Positions 15,401-27,876 of a stretch of 64,000 bases of DNA are shown here, piece by piece. How positions within the stretch are numbered: the first letter of the stretch is position 1; each line of letters opens with the position of its first letter. The stretch comes from Bugula neritina. Taxonomy: Eukaryota > Animalia > Bryozoa. Location of the stretch: positions 3,628,741 to 3,692,740 of the forward strand of contig OZ037768.1 in the NCBI GenBank assembly GCA_964035545.1. Reading direction: 5' to 3'. A program made the position numbers and the translations under genes. The notes below the pieces were generated by a model, which searched no databases, was not told the origin of the DNA, and saw nothing but the letters and a program-made list of their open reading frames with translations.

Positions 15401-18128
15401 CATAGTAAAGCTATAATGTATCCCACACACAGTTGCTAGCAGGAAATGGTTAATTCCAGAAGCTTTTGGCCTTCTTTTTTACTGGATGTCTAATAACGCA
15501 ACAAGTGCTGAAGAAAAACTGTACTGCAATAAATTAGGAATTGTGTCACCTAAGAATCACAGCTTGTCACATGACACTACCAAAGTCAGCAATGAAAGAG
15601 CCGGCATCTTAATATAGAGACACACTCAGGCGAAGAAACTTAGCTGCGGGATATTTTTGGCCCACTGCCTGCTAAACGTGTTGCTAATCCCTCTTTAGAA
15701 CTGTGTATGATTATAGTGCAAACACAACCTTATCTACATTATGCAGCATGCCATGTAAAAATCAATTACATTATTCCGAAATAAGAATTCACTGAGTCTG
15801 CTTTAGCAAATAGACTGACTCCCCTGGTTTATAATAACGCTGGGATGATCAATACTTATGATCTTAGCTGTATATAATTATTATAAAATACTTTTAGCTG
15901 CACATTATTTGAACCACTACAATTAGAGACTATTCAGGTTTTAGATTTTATTTGTCCCAACAGAATAAAGCTGACTAGCAAATGAGTTTAGGGATGCATT
16001 TACCTTTACTGCTAGGGGCCCTTGTCAGCTGCACCCAGCATCAACAGCTGATCTACATGCTGATATGTGCATCAGACTGCGTAAGCTTACTGTTTGTAAA
16101 ACTTTTATAATTAGTAGGAAGGTTTTCAACCTGGGGGTTTGACCCCTTGAAGGTCTTCTGCTAGTTTTAAGGGGGGGGTCTTTCACTAGTGAAGCAAAAC
16201 CCATTGTCTCACTGAAACATGTTGGAATTATAATTCCCAATATTATTAGTTTTATTAAATTATGAAAAGGTGTGATAGGGGGGGTCCCCAATTTGTTGCA
16301 ATTGAAAATTAGGTCAGTGGAGCACAAATTGGAAACTACTAGTTGATTGGTTGAGTTTATCACGTGGTTAGATATTTGGGAGCAGAGATAAGTGCATGAG
16401 AGTACCCCCAGCTGACTACTAACTGCAGTACATCTAATAACTTCTACTGCACTAGCTCTCAGTAGCTGAAATTTATAAATTAGATACAAGTAATGACAGA
16501 TGGCCTCATTACATTCCTATAACTTATAATGATATCATTACAGGTGTATAAATTCGTACCCACTAGTCCCTAGTTACTAGGTTAGACCTATCCGGGTCAT
16601 TGTATTACTAGTGTAGAACAAGCCAGCCAGACGTGCATGGCGTGCCCACTTGGCAATCTGCTATCAATTTACTTTGGAATCATATAGATTTATTGCACTT
16701 ATGGTGTGAATATCATAGCGTTGGTGCATTGTAAATTTTGTGCAGTATTATAGATCATCCCATTACTTGGTCCAAAAGTATGTCAACTTAAAGTATTCTA
16801 AAACTAGTGGAGTGTAGCATGCAATAGTCTTTTTAGTATATATCAGCTTGTAGTCAAAAATCCATGATCATATGCGTGTCTACTTATTATATAAACATAT
16901 ATGTGTGGCTACCAAACCTAACCTGCAAATGTGCAGCATAATGAGCTGATAGTCTGATACTGATATGCATGCTTAGAATGAGATGCATATAGTAGAGGGG
17001 ATGTATATAGTATATAGTAGAGGGGATGTATATAGTATATAGTAGAGGGGATGTATATAGTATATAGTATATAGTAGAGGGGATGTATATAGTATATAGT
17101 AGAGGGGATGTATATAGTATATAGTAGAGGGGATGTATATAGTATATAGTAGAGGGGGTGTATATAGTATATAGTAGAGGGGATGTATATAGTATATAGT
17201 AGAGGGGATGTATATAGTATATAGTAGAGGGGATGTATATAGTATATAGTAGAGGGGATGTATATAGTATATAGTAGAGGGGATGTATATAGTATATAGC
17301 AGATGAGATGCATATAGTATATAGTATACAGTTTATAGTAGATGCTCTCCACTAATCATTTGGATCAATACCTGCCCAGCATGATAAAAATTTCAAATTG
17401 AAATTATAAGGATGTAAGAATGAGTTGAAGTGTTACCATAGTGGGGCTCAGCTTTTCTCTCTTCGGCCAATAGCCTTGCTCGCTTTTTATCGTAACCTTT
17501 CTGTGTGATGTCACCTGAAACCAAGCAACTAATTAATAACTGGGAGATCATGCCTGTATTGTATTGTATCAAGAAAACTATCCCAGTGAAGAAATGTAGA
17601 CACAAGGCTTATCAAGAAGTGATTTCAGATAACAAACTGGTACCACATAATTAGCTGCTGTAAAAGCAGACTACAAACATTGCAGTGCGAGTCCAATAGA
17701 ATTTAGTATGTAAAATGTTGCTTTACTCCCAAATTCTGAGCACAATGCTATTAGTCACTGATTCTGGCCATTCTGGTTGAAACTAACAGCCCATTTATGC
17801 ACCAACTAATGCTGATCAGGAGACTCATACTCAATATATGAATAAGAATCTTTATGAAGAAAGAAAATGGTGTTTGTTTAAGTCCCAAATCAGTTATAAC
17901 CAGCCAATCATACTAAAGTAAAACAGATAAAAAGGTTGAGGTCATTGGCAAGGTGCTAGTATTATAGCTTCTTGTCAGAAACCAAGAGCAAGACTAGCTA
18001 TCCATGTACAGCTTATGTAATGGTAGAAATAGATTCAGCCAATGTACTGATAATAAAGAAACACCTTCAGATAGCTCTAGATCTAGCTCAGCCAATTTCT
18101 GTTGAATTAAACTACTGTGTTGAGCCAT
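429..18128 (-). CDS. DIP2: Disco-interacting protein 2 homolog (DMAP1-binding domain + first AMP-binding/FAAL-like domain); 5' part only, continues beyond the left edge
   Basis: Phase-consistent GT-AG exons (minus): 18128-18065 (MAQHSSLIQQKLAELDLELSE), 17514-17437 (GDITQKGYDKKRARLL), 14495-14352, 9176-9033, 8689-8489 (donor uncertain), 6693-6479 (KVSTKIQQLLNTLK), 6139-6082 (RPKRRPLPEYF), 5763-5690, 5226-5008, 4909-4799, 4195-3965, 3848-3746, 3662-3598, 3362-3269, 2743-2624 (VADGANP), 2169-2055, 926-787, 565-429. These motifs are characteristic of DIP2A/B/C. There is an in-frame TAG three codons upstream of the ATG. Confidence 0.95.
7661..7674. promoter_or_regulatory. RFX X-box consensus match GTTGCCATAGCAAC in a DIP2 intron
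   Basis: Exact fit to GTYNCY-AT-RGNAAC. Function unproven; it may be carried by a repeat. Confidence 0.3.
8345..8465. repeat. Minisatellite, ~29-bp unit x4
   Basis: ttacacccctagagttgtcttacactcct repeated. Confidence 0.85.
8771..8850. repeat. Minisatellite, ~32-34-bp unit x2.5
   Basis: cctgtatagttgaacatag(ag)acagggatgacac. Confidence 0.8.
9427..9605. mobile_element. Degenerate MITE with ~40-bp inverted arms
   Basis: taggagcagtaatagagaaattgagatagcct is mirrored by aggctttactcaatctctccattactgcaccta. The internal GGGTTGGGGTTGGG...GAGAACA segment resembles the reverse complement of 4505-4560. Confidence 0.5.
11494..11586. repeat. Minisatellite, 14-bp unit
   Basis: tgt(g/a)ttatatccac x~6. Confidence 0.85.
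16112..16345. mobile_element. Possible degenerate hAT-type MITE
   Basis: ggttttcaacctgggggtttgacccc at the left end and gggggtcccc...ttggaaactacta at the right end resemble hAT MITE termini; poorly conserved. Confidence 0.3.
16988..17335. repeat. Minisatellite, 25-bp unit x~12
   Basis: agtagaggggatgtatatagtatat; explains the spurious 144-aa ORF. Confidence 0.95.
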
Positions 18129-18959
18129 TGCCAAGAACTAAGAGCTCCAACTCTGCTGGTGCAAGTATCAACACTGGTGTAGTCTATAGAAATGATGTTT
18201 CTCAACTCTCAAGATTGCCATCTGTCCTAAAACCAAAAAGTGATTGAAGTATAAGGTACTCCATAACATCGTGTAAGTAGCTTTAGAGCTAATCTCTACG
18301 ATTTGGAGTAGAATTATCTACCAGGTGGCTAACATAAACATTGTGTTTAGCAAACCACATTACACCCAGAAGTTATGCTGCGCATTATATTAATTAAATG
18401 GTGAACCATATTCAAACATATTCAAAGTTTCTTATACATAAAACACACCAAGTTGTACAAATTAATCCACAGATGAAAGCAGTGTAGAATAAACTCTTAA
18501 GCCAATAAAAACAGCTCAAGTGTTCGGAAATTATATTTTCTTCATGAACATGAATGCCAACAATACAGTCATAACAGCACAGTTTTCTGTTACTAGCATT
18601 TAATAGTAACTAGAGCTTGTTTAGTGTACCACAGTTCCAAACTACAATGCTGGGAATAAACTTACTTTGACTTGAATTGTTCCACGTAAAAATCTGTTTA
18701 TATAAAACTAACACAACTCAAATGACCAATTTTTACCCACCTTCAAGACTACAATCTATTCAACTAAAAAATAAAAGATGAAGTCTGAGACAAAAGTAAA
18801 AGTTCAAGATCTAACCTGAAAAGATTAGGCAAAGAAATTCTTATATTCTAACAGTATTTAGAAGGAAGGCAATACCCGCACTCATTCTAGTGGCAATGCT
18901 GATAGTAAAGAAACATAAGCCATAATCATAATACTATTAGGTATTTCAGTATAGAACTT

Positions 18960-20200
18960 ACTTTTGTTGAAAATGACACTCATACTGATATGCATTATCA
19001 AAAGGATTATGATAATCATACAAAAACTTATATTTATAATGAGTGTCTTACACTTTCACTGTGACTATCACTATAAGTTTAAGGGTAGTTGCAGTACAAT
19101 GACCACCAGACCTATATCTGGAGCTAGTAATACCAAGAGTGGTAGCATGAGATTGAGATTACACTTAATACGGATACCAGATATGTCTAAAACAGCAAAA
19201 TACTATGACTATGAGCATGACCTAAAGCTTACACTAATTCTAACAGTAACTCATAATCAGTTATTCTAAGATTGATGTCAACACTAACAGTAACTGAAAT
19301 GTATGACTAGAAGTAAATCTAACTTAAACTTTAATTAACTAACAATTGAAGCAAAAAATAATGATGACTATTTATTATAGTATTACTATCAATATTATAT
19401 TTAGTCTTATATTTATTGTTCTATTATAATGAGTATGATAATAATAGCTATTCCTTATAGATACACTTCTAGTTGTTATTATCATTATGATTATGATTAC
19501 TATTGGTAATCATAATCATAACTGCCTAATACTTTTACTTTACTAATATTATTTATATTAATAATAATTAAACTACATTAAATTACATTAACATCGAGTG
19601 ATTAACATACATTTTGATTTTGAAAACTTTTTCATTGTGATTTTATATTCATATTGTTATTCATAGTCCTACTACTAGTATTACTATTAGTATTAGTAGT
19701 ACTACTACTAGACTAGTGAATAGTCACTGTCAGTGATAGTGATACTCATACTAATACTATAGTAATACTGATACTGATGATAAGACTCATAATATTAATA
19801 ATAATGATATTGAATTTGATATTAACATTCATGTTGATATTGTCCATGACGAGCACCAAGTCCAGCTCTAAGCTGAGCCTAAGAGTAAGAGTAAGTACTA
19901 AGTAGTATTACTATTACTATTAATATAACTACAAGTTAAAGCATTAAATTTAGTAATGTATAGTATTAGTAACAGTAATACTTATACTATTACTAATACT
20001 TATACTAATATAATTTAAATTAACGTTATTAATAATATTTATATTATCAATACCATTAGCATTATGATTATATTTATAATATTAATATTTAATAATAATT
20101 ATTATTATCATTATGATTATCATTGTCAATCATATTCATTGTGATTATACTTATACTTATAGTATTAGTTGTAGCCCTGGACAAATGAAGAAAATAGTAA
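18960..20200. repeat. Drifting period-6 low-complexity tract (DIP2 intron 1)
   Basis: e.g. cactgt cagtga tagtga tactca tactaa ... tattga atttga tattaa cattca tgttga tattgt ccatga. Confidence 0.8.
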
Positions 20201-20273
20201 AATATAATCAATAATTTTAAAATAGACTAAAATATGTTTTAAATGTTTTCGTCCTTGTTGAGCAGTTATTTAC

Positions 20274-20345
20274 CGTGATTGCCATTGGATCAATTTCAAG
20301 TGGAAGTAAACCCATAGGCCATAACCTCATTTTACATTTGACTTT
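20274..20345 (-). other. Putative non-coding first exon of DIP2, splicing to the acceptor at 18227-18228
   Basis: Donor ACG|GTAAAT at 20274/20273 next to a CpG-richer promoter-like island. The downstream exon has a pyrimidine tract and TAG acceptor. The 5' boundary is approximate. Confidence 0.55.
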
Positions 20346-20517
20346 GTAACGGGAAATGATTAGTTTATTAAACTGAAAGAAACGCACTTTTGACATTAGC
20401 GAGTCGACAACCTCAAGTTGTTCTTTATTACTGTTTCCGGAAAGAGTTGCGATCATTGTGATTGTGCCAGCTTGTGCTTGAGCTTATACTTTCATTTTGT
20501 TCTCAATCTCAAACTTG
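20345..20517. promoter_or_regulatory. Putative bidirectional promoter DIP2 / SLC41A
   Basis: Short, locally CpG-richer segment between two divergent genes. Contains an ETS-like TTCCGGAA at ~20435-20442 and a candidate plus-strand donor TTG|GTACTT at 20517/20518. Confidence 0.55.
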
Positions 20518-20599
20518 GTACTTCAAACTCATTAAAAAAATGTGGAATGTGTGCAATTGAAATACTGAACGGATAATAGAAACGGCAGCACGTTATAGT

Positions 20600-20860
20600 T
20601 TATCATTTAGATTTGTAATTGTGTAGTTCAAATGCTTTTACTTATACTTTTAGTTTTAGTTTTACTTTTAATTTTATTATTTATAATTATAAAATTGAAT
20701 TATTATATTTATAATTATATTAAATTTAATTTTTAAATTTAATATTTATTAATTTGAATTATTGCAATCGACAAATGTAATTCAAATTGTTGTTCATATT
20801 CATATTGATATTGCTCCTGTGTTACTTATAACTTATAAGTTATAACTATAACTCAGTAAA
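20600..20860. repeat. Drifting period-6 tract (SLC41A intron 1)
   Basis: tactta tacttt tagttt tagttt tacttt taattt ... acttat aactta taagtt ataact ataact. Confidence 0.75.
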
Positions 20861-21043
20861 AAACACAACACTTGTCCAGTTTGAGTCGTGAATTCGTTTG
20901 CTTCTAGATTGGTTAAATCATATTGTTCTTGAGCTATTGTTCATTGACAAATTATTTTTCTAAGTAACTACCTGTGCTATTTCATGGTATACTTGTTTCT
21001 AGATGCTGATTACATAGACGAAAGCACAGATTGATGAATTGGT

Positions 21044-24000
21044 ATGAGCATACGTAGGAGGCAGCATTCTATGGCACCTAACTTGGCAATGGACAGGTTT
21101 GCATTTGAAAAATTTAATGATATTACCAATTTTACTTGCAGTAATATTCAACGATGTTTGGCTAAACAATTGCCTACTTTTTATTGTAGAAATTCAACTA
21201 ATGGTGTAGAAGAGGAGGAAGATGAAACAGAAACTTCATTCTCTACTCCGCTGGTAGCCAATGAAACTCACGATAATGCTGTAGAGATCAAGCCTGAGTC
21301 ATCTTGTAGAATAGGCATTCAGGTACTACTAAATGCTATTTAAGTTAGAGATCTATGTAGTTTCAACTCTTTCTGATACATACTGCTTATATACTGCTTA
21401 GGTGTTTTTAACTATTGATAGAGTGGCAATAATAGGCATAGTATGATTTTTTTGTTATATAGAAATGTACTTGGTTTAAAAAGAAAATTTGGTTAAGTTG
21501 TTTCAAATACTGGATAAGATTTGTCTAGTTTCATAGGCATACTATAGATGTAGCTTAGAGTTAAAGATTTTGGCTAACTTTTAATATGATTTGGAAAAAG
21601 TAGTTACAAGTGCAGTTGAAAAAAATAGTAACTTTTACAGGTGTTTTATGCAAAAAACAAAATAATATTATTTGTAATGAGTGCATGTGCAATTTTCACT
21701 TGTTGGTAAAAGCCAATTGCCTATCCCTACCCTGAGAGGTTGATAAGGACAGGTTGTTTTTTTTTAAATAAGAACAAAAAAGGTTGTTGAAAAATTATTA
21801 TCAAGGTTTTCCTGTTTAAAGAGTATAAATTGTTATTTGAGATGAGGTTTCAGCAAAACTGCACGTAGCTAAGCTTAATTTTTGTTCACTTGAATTTTTT
21901 TAAGTGAGACAAAATTAGACCCTATTAAGAAGTCATGTTCACTAATGCTCTTTTGCTCAGCACATTTCTATGTTGTAGGTGTTTTTCCCATTTATTGTTG
22001 CTGGATTTGGTACAGTTGGAGCTGGAATGGTGCTAGACATAGTCCAGGTATTGACAGCAAGCTCAAATCTTGTTATAAGGAATATATTTATTCAATTAGT
22101 ATAGTTAATATTCTAAATTTCATCTATGGCTATTTGTAGAGCAACCATGTTATCATGTTTTAATAAATATCTAAAAATATCGACGCACTGTCATAAGCTG
22201 GCGCATACCATTATATTTTAGCATTGGCCCGTGTTTACTGAAGTCTCGGAGATTTTCATTTTAGTTCCTGCTCTTCTGGGACTCAAAGGAAACTTGGAAA
22301 TGACTCTAGCATCTAGGCTATCTACTCAGGTTTAATATGCTTGTAAAATAATGGATACTTTTTGCTGCATCTGGTATTATTGCTGCTGTTGTTAATATAT
22401 ACAGTAAGATAAATATTGTTATGCTCCATTTTGTAATTTTAAACTAGTTTACTTAATAAGATAGGCCATAAAAATATTTGATGGAAAAAGGGAAACATGT
22501 TTGTGAGTTTGAAAAAAAAAATTCTTCTGTATTATTATATATTATCAAAAAAAATCATTCCCAATTCAATTTTCTAACGGCGAAGACTGCCTTGGCTCAG
22601 TACATCTAGTTTAACTACCTGTTAGTAATTCTAATAACTGCATATTATTCATCTCTTTGACAAGTTATTAGAGAAGGCTGTGGGGTTAGTAGCCGATACA
22701 GTAGCAGAGTTGCTAAATTGTTTTGACAATATTGATTATTTGTGTTAGATAATGGCTGTTTAAATACTCATTAGCTCACACCTAATGAGCCCCCTAGATG
22801 TATTGTCTACCTCCGGTATTGACAAGGAATCAGATTGATGGGTGTGAATGTGGGAGTGCTGAACTCTACTATCTAGATTGTTTGTGTCTAGTAGAGAATA
22901 TCCTGTAACATGTGTGTATCTAGTAGAGAATATCCTGTAACATGGTGTGTATGTTGTAGGCTAATCTAGGCATATTGAAGACCAGGAAGCAAATGATGAG
23001 GATGATCAGTGGGAACCTGGTTCTGGTGCAGGCTCAGGCTCTAGTTGTCGGCTTTCTTGCCGCCATATTCGCTATGGTGATGGGCTGGATACCGCAGGGA
23101 AAGTGGAATGTGCAGCATGGCTTGCTGTTGTGTGCCAGCAGTATGCTCACAGCCTCTCTCGCCAGTCTAGTCCTAGGTAGGCTCTTGCACACAAAACACA
23201 AGTATTTGTAGTCCTAGGTATGCTGTAGCACACATAACACAAGTATTAATCACATCTGTAATTATACTACTTTTTTAACTGTGAGTTAATTTGATATAAG
23301 GAAAAGTTATAAAATATTCTCTATTTTATGATAAATAACTATTAATTTTGCAGTTGCCGGTTTAATCTGTTCATTTTTTATGAGAATGAGCTATGTCTAA
23401 GTGTGTACTTCACACCATATGTGACCACTTCAGTGTACTGACTCTATTTCACATAGCTTCATATCCTTATAAATTAACAATCTGTATTATCTATCTACTT
23501 CTATCTATCTATCTACATCAGTATCTTTGCACTTTGTATAAGTACATGTAATATGCTATCATCACTTAGCTTCCTCGTATAATATCATAGGTTGGTACTA
23601 TACTAGTACTGTATACTACTTGTACTATACTAGTGCTGTATACTACTTGTACTATACTAGTACTGTATACTGTATACTACTTATACTATACTAGTACTGT
23701 ATACTGTATACTACTTGTACTATACTAGTACTGTATACTGTATACTACTTGTACTATACTAGTACTGTATACTGTATACTACTTGTACTATACTAGTACT
23801 GTATACTGTATACTACTTGTACTATACTAGTACTGTATACTGTATACTACTTGTACTATACTAGTACTGTATACTACTTGTACTATACTAGTACTGTATA
23901 CTACTTGTACTATACTAGTACTGTATACTGTATACTACTTGTACTATACTAGTACTGTATACTGTATACTACTTGTACTATACTAGTACTGTATACTGTA

Positions 24001-27000
24001 TACTACTTGTACTATACTAGTACTGTATACTGTATACTACTTGTACTATACTAGTACTGTACACTACTTGTACTATACTAGTACTGTATACTGTATACTA
24101 CTTGTACTATACTAGTACTGTATACTACTTGTACTATACTGGTACTGTATACTGTATACTACTTGTACTATACTAGTGCTGTACTAGTGCCCCTAATAAG
24201 AAATAGTACCAGTATGTTTCACTAAACCTACCCTTACGTTCATTTGAGAGCAAATATGGAGAATTTTGCTTAGCTTGGGGATATAATATTTGGTTTGACA
24301 TTTTGGTTTGAAATGATTGCTTTATTTCCCAACTTCTTTTAATACAACCACCTGCTAGAACTATTGCTATTCGAAAAATCTGCAACTTGGCACCCACCTC
24401 CCTACATTCACCTTCAAACTATGGCATATTACCAATAGTCTGTTGATTTTATATTCTATATACAGGCTATGCTCTATTTAAGTTGAAACTATTTTTATAG
24501 GTTTGATAGTAAGATAAGTTCAATCTGCTTGATAGAAAATTTAAAAATAAAAATTTATTTTGCATATGAAATGAGGGGTTAACCTGTGCAGAATCTGCCT
24601 TTGTCAGCCGTAATTCATCTAAGCTTGATGTCCAGTCAGTATGTACTTTCTCAGGGTAGGGTTAGGCAATTCCCATTTTACTCGAAAAAAATTGATTACA
24701 AAATTGACTAAAAACTTAACATAGGAACTTCCTTCTAATTATTTTTAAAATGAGATTTACTATGTACAGTTATTGGTCTTCATATTTTACTGTGTTCTGT
24801 ACCGTGCGCTTGTTTTAGGGGTGCTAATGATATGTGTAGTTCTTTGCTCAAAGAAGTTGGGAATAAACCCAGATAATGTAGCTACACCAGTTGCAGCCAG
24901 TCTAGGAGATCTCACAACTCTAGCCTTGCTTGCTGCCCTTAGCAAGCTAGTCTTTATGGTAGTTGAAGGTGAGACTCAATTCATCAACATTATGGTTATA
25001 TACATGTGTGTGTGCGTGTGTATTTATTATATAGTGTGTGTATTTATTATATAGTGTGTGTATTTATTATATAGTGTGTGTATTTATTATATAGTGTGTG
25101 TATTTATTATATAGTGTGTGTATTTATTATATAGTGTGTGTATTCTTGTTGATGATAGACTGTTGTAATGCTAGAAACTAACTAACTATCGTCTGACTGT
25201 AAGCTGTTTGAAAGGGTTGCTCAGATTGTGCATACTGTAATTATAATTAATGTCATGGGCATCACAACAATTAAAAGTTGAAAGGAAATGTTTGGGTTGT
25301 AGAAAAGAGGCCGTAATACAGTCTTTAAGGCTAAGTAAAGTCATGACTTTTACACACACTGGGCTTAGCACGTCTAGTAATTGGCAATGAAAAGTTTATC
25401 AAAAAAAGTAGATTGGCTGCACAGTGTGTTGGTATACAGTCAAAGCTCTATATAATAGCCTACTTACTAGGGCATACATCTGTTACATGTATCATGCAGT
25501 TCCATTTGCTTGTAGCAAAACACTATTGGTTAGCACCACTGCTCATGGCCACACTCATATTACTTATTCCTGTGTTTATATATCTGGCATATAAAAACGA
25601 GTACGTGTCAGAAGTTGTCTACACGGGCTGGACGCCAATTATTGCTGCTATGGCCATCAGCTGGTAAATCGATACATCTGCGTAATTCATGTTTCTATTC
25701 GTATACACTTTATTGTACACTTTGTTACTTAAGCTCTCATGAACTTATATGCATGCCTGCAGTATATTATTCTAAACTAAAAATAAATTTTATCAAGATT
25801 TACCAAAATGATTTGAAGCTATATTTATCTTCTGTTTTCTGACATACTGTGTCACTTGTTATAGTTATAATATTATAAGCCTATAGCTACACTGTTTCCT
25901 AGTGGTTACTGTTCTGTTTTGCAGTGTTGGTGGGCTTGTGCTTGATATGACTGTTTCTGATGAGAAGTATCACGGAATGGCAGTCTTCCAACCAGTTATA
26001 AACGGTAAGATGTTATGTCCTCCTGCATATGCACTCAACTATAAGTGTAGAGCTCTTTGTAGACACTCATGACTGGCTTACTTTAATAGCACTGTCTTAC
26101 TAGCCATTTTGAATTGATAGTTGGCAGGGCTGCATTCTGCCAGAACTATATATTGTCTGTATAATGTGACAATGATAAAACCTAAGATATTTTTACATTG
26201 TAAAAAGAAGACTACTCCCATATTTGTGATGTAAAGCTATGTGAGCGTGTAAGATACTGAAATAGCCAACATTTTATGTAAAGCTGACCAGTTTTATTTT
26301 TGCATATTTTGAACTTGTATAATTTATCAAAATGTGTCTTTCTTACATACATTAGTATTTCAGATTGATAAAATTGTCATTCTATAAATTAATGGAGTAA
26401 TATTAACACCATTTCTTTTTCTTTAAACAGAAACATTATTTTATTCGTTTTGAGCTTATTAAAAGTTGATAATCCTTTATCTGCCAAAACTCATTAGCAA
26501 TAATAATGGTTGAGATTGTTTTCACATTATGTCATTCATCTTTGCCGTAGGAGTTCAATTAGGTGTAGCAAATTCACAAATGAAAAAATGTGCAAGAAAA
26601 ATTGTTGAGGGTTGACAAAAGCTAAATCAAAAGAGTCGTCAACAAGATTCCTACGCACTAATTGTGATGAAATTATTTATTATTAATTATTTAATGAAAA
26701 TTGAATAATCATTTACACTGCTGAAAATGGCCCAATAAATGCAAATTAAACATGAGTTGTAAATATTGAAATCACAAGTATTTTACAATGATGTAGGTGT
26801 TGGAGGAAATCTGGTAGCAGTACAAGCTAGCCGTCTCTCCACTGGGCTACATTCTAGAGCTAGTATAGGCTCACTGCCTGCAGATTCCCCTCATATCTGT
26901 TTCAATCCACTCACATTCTTCTGTAGGAAAAGTAAGGCAGTTGTTGTGTACCTCTTATAAATTTCTTCTAGAAATAGTTATTGAAATAAATTTTAAATTT

Positions 27001-27876
27001 TGAATTAGAATTTAATAACTATACTTCAAGTCCCCATATGCTATGATTTTCAAACTGCATTCTTTCATTGTGTTAATATTCGTAATTTCTGTAAAAATGT
27101 TTATATATTATCTAATACAAGGCTCATTTATATTGATTAAAAAATAATATTAATTTTATACGCTGCCGTGATTGTGCTATAGAATAATTGATTGGACATT
27201 TTAATTTTGTAGATATGACATCAAAGACAGCGCGGGTCCTTCTAGCCATGGTCATACCTGGACACCTTATTTTTATATACTCTATTAAATTTATGAAAGC
27301 TGGTCACACTTCTATAACAATGAACTTTGTAGCAATATATTGTGCTGCTGCACTATTGCAGGTTAGTAGTCCACATCACTAATCTTCTCTCGCTGTACAA
27401 TATAGGTTCTAGACAACTCACAGTTTAGCTTTCCCTTTCCAGTTTCGTGTTGTAACACAACAGTTTTTAAAAGCGACTGCAGTTGTGAATGGCACATAAG
27501 TTGAAACCACACGCAAAAAAATTTTTTCCAATCAATTATTCTCAATTCTGTTCATAGTTTTAAAAAAGGTATCAACTTCCTTTTATTATGAACCATCAGA
27601 GTTGTCATACCATTCTCTGTTTGCATGCCGTGTTTAATAGCTTATTCATGTTTGTTTAATAATATACTGTACATATTGTTTTTGCTTCAGGTCATGGTAC
27701 TCTTGTTTATATGTAACTTCCTTGTACACTGGATGTGGAAAATGGGCGATGACCCAGATAACTTTGCAATACCATACCTGACAGCATTGGGGGATCTTCT
27801 TGGTACATCGCTACTTGCTTTAGTATTCTATACTCTATATAGTATTGGTGATAAAGATTTTGATGTTGGTGATTAA
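21044..27876 (+). CDS. SLC41A1: Solute carrier family 41 Mg2+ transporter (two MgtE-type domains), complete
   Basis: Exons: 21044-21096, 21190-21322, 21979-22047 ([23 protein letters not shown]), 22222-22329 ([23 protein letters not shown]), 22960-23176, 24819-24968 ([16 protein letters not shown]), 25516-25663, 25925-26004, 26797-26931 ([16 protein letters not shown]), 27213-27361, 27691-27876 ([19 protein letters not shown]...DVGD*). The paralog number is nominal for an invertebrate gene. Confidence 0.95.
23595..24187. repeat. Minisatellite, 27/34-bp unit
   Basis: gtactatactagtactgtatac(tgtatac)tactt x~18. Confidence 0.95.
25014..25143. repeat. Minisatellite, 20-bp unit x6
   Basis: gtgtgtatttattatatagt. 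Confidence 0.9.

Noticed and set aside
16025-16489. 154-aa intronic ORF
   Set aside because: Non-ATG start, no recognisable domain, overlaps a probable MITE remnant.
16918-17352. 144-aa Tyr/Ile-rich ORF
   Set aside because: Translation of a 25-bp minisatellite inside a DIP2 intron.
18964-19269. ORFs with alternating-residue patterns (also 48771-48983, 63078-63266)
   Set aside because: By-products of the period-6 tracts; no splice support or recognisable domain.
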